Below are positions 15,954-23,733 of a stretch of 41,669 nt of DNA, one piece after another (position 1 is the first letter of the stretch; each line of letters begins with the position of its first letter). A program made the translations under genes and the position numbers. Location: positions 1 to 41,669 of the forward strand of contig JBDKUU010000806.1 in NCBI GenBank assembly GCA_039679525.1, given 5' to 3'. The notes beneath the pieces are model-generated. The model was not told the DNA's origin. It did not search any database and saw nothing but the letters and a program-made list of their open reading frames with translations. This DNA comes from Phycisphaerales bacterium (GTDB lineage: Bacteria > Planctomycetota > Phycisphaerae > Sedimentisphaerales > Anaerobacaceae).

Positions 15954-16173
15954 GCAAGACTCCTTTCGTCTCGATTCCATCGGGCGGCCGCGGCCTCCCT
16001 GCCGCGCTGTGCCGCCCGATCGTTCGCCGCCATCCTGGCGGTTCTAAACGCCGGGGCCCGCGACTCGTCACACGGGCGGCGGCACTGGTTTGCTTGCCGG
16101 CGGAGGCTGAAATCGCTGGATGCAGAGAGTGCCTTATGGACTATCTGGTTCTCCGCCGGCGACGATCTTTGTT

Positions 16174-16350
16174 CACCACAGAGACACAGAGAACACAGAG
16201 AATAGATGTGCGATGGTCCAGCTCGTTGCCCGGCTCGCCGCCCTGGCCGCACGTGCACGCATGCGGGATCAGGGGCCAGAACCCGTCGGCACAACAGGGG
16301 CGGTCGCGAACGGCCCTTTTCTTCTCTGTGCCCTCTGTGCCTCTGTGGTG
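16174..16350. repeat. 29-nt inverted pair of the CACAGAG family enclosing 119 nt
   Basis: CACCACAGAGACACAGAGAACACAGAGAA (16174-16202) matches the reverse complement of TTCTCTGTGCCCTCTGTGCCTCTGTGGTG (16322-16350) at 26 of 29 positions. Confidence 0.75.
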
Positions 16351-16770
16351 AAAAGGGCGGGCGGCTCGACTATGACGGTACTTCGATCCGGCAGCTACGT
16401 CGATCCGCCGCCGCATCGGGGCGATCCCCCGACATCGCGAATCGCAACCGGTGTGCTCACGGCCCGCCGCACGCCAAAGGATGCACTTCCCGCATGCCGC
16501 CCGCCTAAGAAATGAAACGGTGTTTCGTGAACCGTGGCCTGTGGCACGGATTGGCTGCAAAGTGCCGGTCTCTCCCGGCTGTCACGGACACTATTTCGCC
16601 GATTTGCTGCTCCGGACCACGGCCGGTCAGGGTCCGTCCAGACCTCTGCGTTGTAACCCGGCCAGGCGGCCAGTACCTGAGTCGCCGCCGGCCGGGGTTG
16701 ATGTCACGCCAGGCGGTTCGGGGAGCCTGTGCGAATGACGCCTGGCGATGGTTGAGAGGAGGTTTGAAGA

Positions 16771-16793
16771 GGGGCCGGGCGCGACCCGGCCCC
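16771..16793. terminator. GC-rich perfect hairpin (9-bp stem, 5-nt loop)
   Basis: GGGGCCGGG-CGCGA-CCCGGCCCC. No clear U-tract on either strand. Confidence 0.3.
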
Positions 16794-16863
16794 CGATCGA
16801 GATGTGATGCCTGAGCACTGTTATTACCGTGGGATAGCGGATTCGTACCATTGGATTCTACCA

Positions 16864-16910
16864 GGGGACTCATAATCCCTTGGTTCAAGGTTCGAATCCT
16901 TGTGGGCCCA
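16864..16910 (+). other. 3' fragment of tRNA-Met(CAU), anticodon arm to discriminator; attP/att core candidate
   Basis: GGGGA-CTCATAA-TCCCT, then TGGTT, then CAAGG-TTCGAAT-CCTTG, then TGGGCCC-A. No complementary 5' acceptor strand or proper D arm lies upstream. It sits 29 nt from the integrase gene. Confidence 0.6.
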
Positions 16911-16938
16911 GTCGGTGAAATCCCCTGCTCAGGGGACC

Positions 16939-17976
16939 TCACCATGAAACGGCGTTGAATGCCCGGCGGCCCTCGTCCAGGCATTTCCGCTGGTCTACCG
17001 CTGTGTAGACCTCTTTGGTCAGCCGATCAGTGGCGTGTCCGAGCAGCTCCTGGCAGAAGTGGCTCGGCACGCCCTGCTCGGCCAACTGCGTGGCCGCGTT
17101 CTTCCGCAACGTGTGGAACGTCCCCTCGGCGATCCGCTCAGCGCCCGCCGCAATCCGCAGGGCGTTCGCCGCCGCGAGGATCCGCCGCAGCTCCCTGTGA
17201 AAATTGTTGTACGGGTACTTTCTCTGTGTTTCGGACAGGCGCCCCACCTGCGACTGCTTGGCCCGACAGGTCCGCTCCTTCAGGAATGGATACCGCCACG
17301 GGGCCACCTGCCGCAGTCGCGACAGGACCGCCCAGAGATCGTCGCTCATCGGGACCTTGCGGTCTGACTTGCCCTTGGCCGTCCACCGCCAGAACTCCCC
17401 GAGCCGGTCCGGACGCGACTGGATCATAACGACCCCGGACTCGAGGTCGATATCGTCCCATCGCAGGTTCCAGACCTCGCCGATCCGAGGGCCTGTCAAG
17501 GCCATCAGGAAAAAGCCCGTCCACCGCAAGATCCCGGCCGCGTCCGGCCACGTCAGGGCCGCTACGCCATCGTCCGGATTGCCCCGCACGACGTCGAGCA
17601 TCGAGCCCAACTCCTCGTGCGTGTAGACGTGCACCTTCCGTCGCGTCGCCTTGACCCGGTGGCAGCGGGCCACCGGATTCGCCGCACAGATCCCGGCGTC
17701 GACGGACCAGGCGAAGACCTGGCCGACCGCCGCCGTATAGCTGAAGACGCTGTGCTCGCTGAAGCCCCGGCCGTAGCGGCTGGTCGCCTCATCCCGCATG
17801 TGACGCTGGTACGAGTCGATCTGCTCGGCCGTCACGGCGGCCGCCGGCGCCGAATCGCCCAGCAGCCGCCTCAGCAGCCGCCAGGCGGACCGGCACTTGG
17901 CGCGGGTCGTGCCCTGGGTCACGGAAGAACTCTCGAACTTGTCAAATAACTCAACGATCGTGCATCGCTCAGGCAT
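16939..17976 (-). CDS. int: Tyrosine integrase / site-specific recombinase
   Basis: LTGPRIGEV (Arg), HTLRKNAAT (HxxR), LLGHAT and KEVYTAV (catalytic Tyr). Size is 345 aa. Confidence 0.9.
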   Translation of the reverse strand: MPERCTIVELFDKFESSSVTQGTTRAKCRSAWRLLRRLLGDSAPAAAVTAEQIDSYQRHMRDEATSRYGRGFSEHSVFSYTAAVGQVFAWSVDAGICAANPVARCHRVKATRRKVHVYTHEELGSMLDVVRGNPDDGVAALTWPDAAGILRWTGFFLMALTGPRIGEVWNLRWDDIDLESGVVMIQSRPDRLGEFWRWTAKGKSDRKVPMSDDLWAVLSRLRQVAPWRYPFLKERTCRAKQSQVGRLSETQRKYPYNNFHRELRRILAAANALRIAAGAERIAEGTFHTLRKNAATQLAEQGVPSHFCQELLGHATDRLTKEVYTAVDQRKCLDEGRRAFNAVSW

Positions 17977-18167
17977 GTGATACCTCCTAACTCGGCCGCA
18001 GGCATCACACCCACGGCCATTATACCACAGACCCCATGCGCGACCGCTGATCTATGAGCTTATGCACTTGTCAAAGATCCGTCTTCGTCATCCATCCATC
18101 TTCGCCCTGGACCCGGGGGGCTCGCCGCAGCGATGCCGCCATGCCGTTGTAGTCCATCAGGCCATAA

Positions 18168-18264
18168 TCGTCGCTCGTCACCCGTCACTCGTCGCTCTGG
18201 ATCTGCGTTCATCCGCGTTCATCTGCGGTTCCATCCTCCGTGTCCTCTGTGCCTTTGTGGTGCA
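18168..18264. repeat. Composite spacer with three mini-repeat families in a row
   Basis: TCGTCGCTCGTCACCCGTCACTCGTCGCTC, then ATCTGCGTTCATCCGCGTTCATCTGCGGTTCC, then CCTCCGTGTCCTCTGTGCCTTTGTGGTGCA. Confidence 0.75.
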
Positions 18265-18469
18265 CTTCCCCCTCCTGCTGCGGCACGATCACGAATCCCG
18301 GACCCTGCCGCATCGGGAGGACGAGCATGCCCGCCTCCTCCGCCTGGCGGATGATCCGCTCGACGATCTCGCGATCCAAACCCTTTGCATGCCGCATCGC
18401 GATCCGCCGCCGGGCGTTCGCCGCCCGGGCCGCCCGATAGTCCACACAGTCCGGTCCGTGGCGTCTCAT
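18209..18469 (-). CDS. Small basic protein near int; function unknown, possibly regulator or excision-related
   Basis: ATG at 18469 after GAGAGGGGGG: MRRHGPDCVDYRAARAANARRRIAMRHAKGLDREIVERIIRQAEEAGM... The tail is repeat-derived. Confidence 0.35.
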   Translation of the reverse strand: MRRHGPDCVDYRAARAANARRRIAMRHAKGLDREIVERIIRQAEEAGMLVLPMRQGPGFVIVPQQEGEVHHKGTEDTEDGTADERG

Positions 18470-18478
18470 CGCGCCCCC

Positions 18479-18509
18479 CTCTCTGTGTTCTCTGTGACTC
18501 TGTGGTGAA
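18479..18509. repeat. Mini-repeat of the CTCTGTG family
   Basis: CTCTCTGTGTTCTCTGTGACTCTGTGGTGAA. Confidence 0.75.
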
Positions 18510-19139
18510 TCCTCCGCTCTTTGGGACTCGGCGTGGGGCCTCCCTGCCCTTTGCCGCAATCCCAGATGCGAAAGGGTAGCGTTGGCTTGAAAAAAGCGGG
18601 ACCGGCACCGGCGGACTGGCACTGCCGCCGAGTGTGGTTGGCCGGGTTCCCGCGTGGCTCGTCGAAAAAAGAAGCCCCGGCCATGCGGAGGGAGAGGAAG
18701 CGAGACTGTGCCGGGGCTCTATGAGCTGACAATAAGGCCCTGATCCTGGATGAGGGAGAGGGAGAGGAAGCGAGACGATCAGGGCCATGAAGTGCTTGCC
18801 TGTGTTCCATCCGTGCGAACTCCCTTGACATCACAACACTTTTGTGCTATCATCAAACCAGACAATCATGCCCAACGGAGGGGCAAGACCATCCAGATCA
18901 TTCGCGTGCGACCGCTATCGGCTCCTCGTGCTTAGCCGGCTCGTTCCGCCGCCAGAGGCCGCAACCCACACTCGATCTCTACATCCACAGGCCCCCATGC
19001 CGGGGCTTCGAAAACCACACTTCACTCATCTGGAATCAGGGTACAGGAGATATGCAGTGGCGTCAAGAACTTTCTCGGAAAAATCCGAGAGGTTCTCGGA
19101 TTAATTTGGGTCGTAGTGTCGCAAGTGTTTGTATAGGGT

Positions 19140-19787
19140 GTGGTTATGCCTCGACCTGAGAGTTTGAAAAATCTGAGCGGCGATATCCCGGAAACCCTCC
19201 ATAATGAGATCCTGGAATGGGTGGAGAACCACAAGGACGTCAAGATCCGGGGGGTCGTCGAGGCGATGGCGGAGTTGTGGCTGGCGTTGCCTTCACGGCT
19301 GCAGGCCCTCCTGCTGGTGAGTAGGCGGGACAGCGACGATTTCATGTGGACCACCGGCGAGATCGGGCAGAGGTATCTCGCGATCGAGGACGTGTTCTGC
19401 ACCAACTGCCAAACCGCCCCGGAGGTCGTCCACCGGTTGCTCACGATGCTCCGCGACTACTCGCTCACCGGGGTCGGTATAGCGAACGCTCATCAACTGG
19501 GATTGTTCCTGCGGTGTCTCACTGACCTGGTTCGGGGGATCAATCGCGAAACCCTGGCCATCGCCCCTGAAGCGGATCGCCTCGCCATCCAAGACATTAT
19601 GGCTGCAATGGATCGTCGCGCCGGGGTCAATCTCATGTCTGAAATCCCCGCAACCACCACGACTATGCCGGCTTCTCCTCCTGCCCGTTGCACCCCACAA
19701 TCTGTGGCAAGAGCACCTCTATCTCGTCGGCCAGCGCGGCGAGGTACCACGTCGGGAGAGCCGAAAACACGGTCCGCAGACGGCTGA
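19140..19787 (+). CDS. Hypothetical protein; first plus-strand gene, in the lysogeny/accessory region
   Basis: ORF M(V)MPRPESLKNLSGDIPETLHNEILEWVENH... The last ~45 residues are Pro/Arg/Ala-rich and overlap a minus ORF, so the true end is uncertain. Confidence 0.4.
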   Translation: MVMPRPESLKNLSGDIPETLHNEILEWVENHKDVKIRGVVEAMAELWLALPSRLQALLLVSRRDSDDFMWTTGEIGQRYLAIEDVFCTNCQTAPEVVHRLLTMLRDYSLTGVGIANAHQLGLFLRCLTDLVRGINRETLAIAPEADRLAIQDIMAAMDRRAGVNLMSEIPATTTTMPASPPARCTPQSVARAPLSRRPARRGTTSGEPKTRSADG

Positions 19788-19974
19788 GCTGCCGGGCCCG
19801 TTCGAAATTGATGATGCCGGGACGGCCGTCGATTGGCGAAGGGAGGTCACGAATCATACAGTACCCTTCCACTCCGACCTCCTCACCCACCGCCTTTCCA
19901 CAACAAAACCCTCGCCACAGGATAAGGCGCGCCGCGACGGGCGGATGTTGATGGAATTCCGGGAAAATCTGCAA
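19663..19974 (-). CDS. Hypothetical protein
   Basis: A 103-aa ORF convergent with 19140..19787. Confidence 0.3.
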   Translation of the reverse strand: MQIFPEFHQHPPVAARLILWRGFCCGKAVGEEVGVEGYCMIRDLPSPIDGRPGIINFERARQLSRLRTVFSALPTWYLAALADEIEVLLPQIVGCNGQEEKPA

Positions 19975-20144
19975 CCAAGAGCGTTTATCGCTTTGCAGGG
20001 TGCCAGCGGAGATGTTTGAGATCCGCCTGAGCCCTCCGTTCTCCGCTGGTACCCCAAATGCGAAAAACGCGGTGCTTCATCGGTTTACACACACAAGGTG
20101 ATGACTGTATCGATTGTATCGACTACCAACCCAACCGATCCCCT

Positions 20145-20174
20145 ATTCTCCGTGCCCTCTGTGCCTCCGTGGTG
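20145..20174. repeat. Left arm of the 30-bp inverted repeat flanking the SGNH cassette
   Basis: ATTCTCCGTGCCCTCTGTGCCTCCGTGGTG matches the reverse complement of 21271..21300 at 29 of 30 positions. Confidence 0.85.
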
Positions 20175-20365
20175 CACCCGCTCTTGCGTGTGGGGGAGGA
20201 ATTTGGTATACTTTGCTCAGTAGCCGAGGCACCTTTGATTTTTTCAGCGAGATAGGCGTCTGTAGGATAGAGGCAGCAGGCGGCAGACTGGAGGCCGGAG
20301 GGTCCGAGCGAGACCCCGATCCCCCACCCGCCTGCGACGCCGATAGATGAATCGAGGAGAGGAAC

Positions 20366-20509
20366 ATGATCGACTGCACCGTACTTTTTGCGTTCGCCGC
20401 ACCCGCCATCATTGCCGCTGCCTGGGGGATCTGGCTGGGCGTCTGGCTGCTCCACCGGCTGGCGAACCGGCTGGCCGATGGCCTGCTGGCGCACCTGGGA
20501 TTACTGTGA
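20366..20509 (+). CDS. 47-aa hydrophobic peptide
   Basis: Own translation: MIDCTVLFAFAAPAIIAAAWGIWLGVWLLHRLANRLADGLLAHLGLL*. SD GAGGAGAGG lies 5 nt upstream. It is below the ORF-track size cutoff. Confidence 0.45.
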   Translation: MIDCTVLFAFAAPAIIAAAWGIWLGVWLLHRLANRLADGLLAHLGLL

Positions 20510-20535
20510 TCGCGAGAGATTGGGAGGTGAGAGGT

Positions 20536-21267
20536 ATGAAGCGCTGGATGGTCTATGGGCTGGTGGCCCTGCTCGTTATCGAAAATGTCCTGGCGGCTGG
20601 CGTCGTGGCACGCAAGGGTGGCTGGCGGTGGCTGGCTCGGCAGTGGCACAGGGCGGCACACGGGGCCCCGAACACCGGACTGATGGTCGGCATCTTTGAG
20701 GCCTGCCCCAATTCGACCGAGGATGTCTACCTGGTCGGCGACTCCCTCACCGCGTTCGCCTGCTGGTCCGAACTGATCCCAGGGCACAGGGTCTGCAACC
20801 GTGGCGTGCCGGGCGATACGACAGCCGCCATCCTGGCCCGGCTCAACGAGGTGACGGAGGGCCGCCCCCGCGTCGTCGCCATTATGGCCGGGATCAATGA
20901 TCTGCTCGCCGGCCGGACTGCACCCGAGACGATCGACGGCCTGAGGGAGATCGTGCGGCGGATTCGGGAGGCGTGCCCCGAGACCCGGATCGTGCTCCAG
21001 AGCGTCCTGCCCGTCAATCCCGCTATCTACGACGCCGTAACTCGCCCGTACCACCCGGAGGCCTGCCAGCCTACCACGCAGCAGGTGTCCGCGATCAACG
21101 CCGCCCTGCAGGACCTGATGGGGCCGGGGATCGTCTATCTGGACCTCTGGCCCGCCATGACTCGGTGTGGAGAACTCCGCGAGGAGTACACGCTTGACGG
21201 CGTGCACGTCAACGGCGCCGGATACCTCGCCTGGGCGTCGGAAGTCCGGCCGATCATCGAGCCCTGA
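20536..21267 (+). CDS. SGNH/GDSL hydrolase with an N-terminal membrane anchor
   Basis: Blocks I, II, III and V are present: LVGDSLT, GVPGDTT, MAGINDL and DGVHVNGAGY. The ATG at 20536 follows GGGAGGTGAGAGG. Confidence 0.8.
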   Translation: MKRWMVYGLVALLVIENVLAAGVVARKGGWRWLARQWHRAAHGAPNTGLMVGIFEACPNSTEDVYLVGDSLTAFACWSELIPGHRVCNRGVPGDTTAAILARLNEVTEGRPRVVAIMAGINDLLAGRTAPETIDGLREIVRRIREACPETRIVLQSVLPVNPAIYDAVTRPYHPEACQPTTQQVSAINAALQDLMGPGIVYLDLWPAMTRCGELREEYTLDGVHVNGAGYLAWASEVRPIIEP

Positions 21268-21270
21268 TTT

Positions 21271-21300
21271 CACCACGGAGGCACGGAGGGCACGGAGAAT
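21271..21300. repeat. Right arm of the 30-bp inverted repeat flanking the SGNH cassette
   Basis: CACCACGGAGGCACGGAGGGCACGGAGAAT. Confidence 0.85.
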
Positions 21301-21421
21301 TGAGAAAAATGTTGTGATTTTGCGATTTTTCTTCGAAGAAAATCAGGTCGGGCGAGTCTATAATAGTAGAAGCAGGCCACAGGGGCCTGCTCAGGTCTGA
21401 ACCTTAAATCAGGAGTCGAAC

Positions 21422-22072
21422 ATGAGCCGTTACGCCTATCTCCAACCCATCACAGCGAACCCCCACCAACTTATTACCGATCTGGCTGTCGCCCGGCGCG
21501 GCAATCTCCAGGTCTCCAAACTGGCTGCCCTCGCCGCACGAGGCTGGGGCGATACCCTTGAGGCGATTCAAAAGACCGTGACCCGGCTCGACCAACTGCT
21601 GGCCGAGATGGCGAAGATCCCGCTGCTCACGGCCGACGACCCGCGGCGCGAGACCTATACAGATCACATGATCGCAGCCGGACTCCCGATCGAGCCGACC
21701 ACGATCCGGGCGTGGTTCGCCGCTGCTGAGCCGAACCGCCCGCATCTGCATCAAGAGGCGGATCGCCGACCCGCCGACTACTATGACCGCGTGCCGGTCC
21801 AATTGTTCGGCCTGGCCTGGATCGAGCTGCCACCCGACTGCCGGGTTGGCTCCTTCACGAAGGCCGTCACAAGGGCCCACAGTTCGCCCGCCGAGGCGGC
21901 CGACGAACTCAAGAGTCGCGGCCTGCCCGCTGGGGATCTGCTCTTGAAGAGCCTTTGGGACGGCCGCTGGCAGGTATTCCAACGTCGTCAGGTGACCGGC
22001 CGGGCCGCTACGCCGATGGGCAGCTACGCCAAGAAGGCCCCGCTGGGCACGGGCCGGCTGTTCATCCGGTGA
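21422..22072 (+). CDS. Hypothetical accessory protein
   Basis: A 216-aa ORF with SD AGGAG 7 nt upstream, followed by the repeat at 22077..22103. Confidence 0.5.
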   Translation: MSRYAYLQPITANPHQLITDLAVARRGNLQVSKLAALAARGWGDTLEAIQKTVTRLDQLLAEMAKIPLLTADDPRRETYTDHMIAAGLPIEPTTIRAWFAAAEPNRPHLHQEADRRPADYYDRVPVQLFGLAWIELPPDCRVGSFTKAVTRAHSSPAEAADELKSRGLPAGDLLLKSLWDGRWQVFQRRQVTGRAATPMGSYAKKAPLGTGRLFIR

Positions 22073-22076
22073 TTCC

Positions 22077-22103
22077 CCGCGTCTCCGCGTCTCTGCGTGA
22101 GAA
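22077..22103. repeat. Mini-repeat of the GCGTCTC family
   Basis: CCGCGTCTCCGCGTCTCTGCGTGAGAA. Confidence 0.7.
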
Positions 22104-22113
22104 TCTATTCCCA

Positions 22114-23733
22114 CTATGCACTCGCCGACGCTGAGGGGCTGGCGCTGACTGATTGGCTCGGCGTGCCTTCCGACGCGGACGCCGACGGACTGACGCTCGC
22201 CGATTGGCTCTGGCTCGTGGATGGGCTCGTGCTGAAGGACCCGCTCACCGGCTCGCCCGGCTCGACGGCGGGGCCCGGACCCGTCCCCTCCGTGATATAG
22301 CCGGCGACGAAGACGTCCTCGATGCACTCGATCACGCATTCCCCGCTCGTCAGGGATCCGCGGCTGATCTTCGTGACGCGGACCGCGAGGGCTGAGACCT
22401 TCAGGTCCGAGCAGGTGATCGTGATCGGGTCGCCAACTTTCAGGTGCGCCATGGTCCGCAGTGCCCGCAACACGAACGTGCGGGGCATCGCACTGACCGC
22501 CTGCTGCTCGCGGGCCGCGATCTCGACGGCCAGGTCCGGCAGGCAGATGAAATTCGAGTAGTCGATCTCCTGGACGACGGGCAGCCCCCCCTGCTTGGCG
22601 ATCATGGCCAGGTCCGGTCCGTAGGCGGGCCGCCGCTCCAGCGTCACCCGGTCCCAGTACCAGACCTTCGTGCGGGTTGGCAGCCGGCCGAGCGACGAGC
22701 AGGCCATGGACTCGACCCAGAAGTCACTCTCGTCGAACGATCCGACTGAAACATCCGATTCGCGGATCAGGGCAATCTCGAATTTGCCCGTCTCGGAATC
22801 GACGTAGAGCTTGCCCCGGATGATCTCCTCGATCTGCTCGACCATCTTCTCGATATCGTCGGCGTCCCAATCCCACACGCACGAAAGGCCGATCCCCTCC
22901 GTGTAGCACGTATCCGCGGCCGTCGTGAAGCTGTCCCCGATCAGGGCGGCGGACTTGCCCAGCCCGATCACGGAGCTGGTGAGCAGCTCGTACAGGATAT
23001 GGATCGCGTTCAGGTCCCCATCCGAGCCCACAGGGGCCTTCGCGATGTACCACATCGCCGTGCCGTCCGAAAGCTGGTTCACCCGCTTGCAGAGGAAGGA
23101 CCAGGGCTTCAGATACGCCTGGGTCCCGATGTACGTGAGCTTCAGGACGATGGATGTGAAGCCGCGGGAGGGCGGCTCCGTGGCGCCGAGCAGTGCGGAA
23201 AGATAGGAGTCGAGCGTCTGGGCCGATCCGCCGTAGAGGATGTGCAGGGCACCCCCGTAGTGGTAGATGCCTCCCTCTCGCTTGCCGCCCCCCCAGCACC
23301 ATTGGCATTCCGCCTGAAACTCGACGCTCGCCGCCGCGTCCCCCGCCATCTCCGTCGCATCGTTCAGCACGGGCCAGACGCAGGTGTCCGCCACCCAGAT
23401 CTGCTTGACCCCGTCGATATTGGCCTGGCAGATCCCCATCTGCAGTGAGATATAGTACAGCCAGGCCGCGTAGTCGCTGTGCGTCCAGTAGTAGCTGTTC
23501 AATTCCAGCAGCGGCGTGACCGCGTTGGGACTCTGGACCCGGCGAGTCCCGAAGACGACCGGATAGGGCCGGCCCTCCTCGGCCGTGGGCAGCTCGAAGG
23601 CATCCTTGCCCGCCGGTTTCGGCTTCGATGCCTTCTGGCGGAAGGCGTAGCTCACCGCGTAGGAGATGGCCACGGCGATGGCGATTTTGATCGCTGCAGA
23701 GATGATGAACGGGATGAATGCCCACGCCAACAT
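22114..23733 (-). CDS. Tail tip / host-specificity (gpJ/GTA g15-like N-terminal) protein with a Ser-rich C-terminal tag
   Basis: The ATG at 23733 shares one nt with the upstream stop (TGATG). [27 protein letters not shown]...EGRPYPVVFGTRRV... The protein is last in the tail module. The C-terminus is ...[25 protein letters not shown]. Confidence 0.6.
   Translation of the reverse strand: MLAWAFIPFIISAAIKIAIAVAISYAVSYAFRQKASKPKPAGKDAFELPTAEEGRPYPVVFGTRRVQSPNAVTPLLELNSYYWTHSDYAAWLYYISLQMGICQANIDGVKQIWVADTCVWPVLNDATEMAGDAAASVEFQAECQWCWGGGKREGGIYHYGGALHILYGGSAQTLDSYLSALLGATEPPSRGFTSIVLKLTYIGTQAYLKPWSFLCKRVNQLSDGTAMWYIAKAPVGSDGDLNAIHILYELLTSSVIGLGKSAALIGDSFTTAADTCYTEGIGLSCVWDWDADDIEKMVEQIEEIIRGKLYVDSETGKFEIALIRESDVSVGSFDESDFWVESMACSSLGRLPTRTKVWYWDRVTLERRPAYGPDLAMIAKQGGLPVVQEIDYSNFICLPDLAVEIAAREQQAVSAMPRTFVLRALRTMAHLKVGDPITITCSDLKVSALAVRVTKISRGSLTSGECVIECIEDVFVAGYITEGTGPGPAVEPGEPVSGSFSTSPSTSQSQSASVSPSASASEGTPSQSVSASPSASASA

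Noticed and set aside
16825-16910. A complete tRNA-Met gene
   Set aside because: The anticodon arm, T arm and 3' acceptor strand are good. However, the sequence 65-75 nt upstream (GGGATAG...) cannot pair with TGGGCCC, and the D arm is poor. I therefore treat it as a 3' fragment (att core).
18510-19140. Possible genes or ncRNA in the gap between the small basic ORF and the first plus-strand gene
   Set aside because: Only short, compositionally odd ORFs in several frames are present. I could not support any structured RNA by eye, so the region is left unannotated. It likely holds divergent promoters or operators.
20143-21276. 377-aa minus-strand ORF opposite the SGNH hydrolase
   Set aside because: It has no recognisable motifs and a biased composition. 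The plus-strand frame carries all four SGNH blocks and a good SD.
21404-22339. 311-aa minus-strand ORF opposite 21422..22072
   Set aside because: Its composition is Arg/Gly-rich and antisense-like. The plus ORF has an AGGAG SD and normal composition. Confidence in this choice is only moderate.
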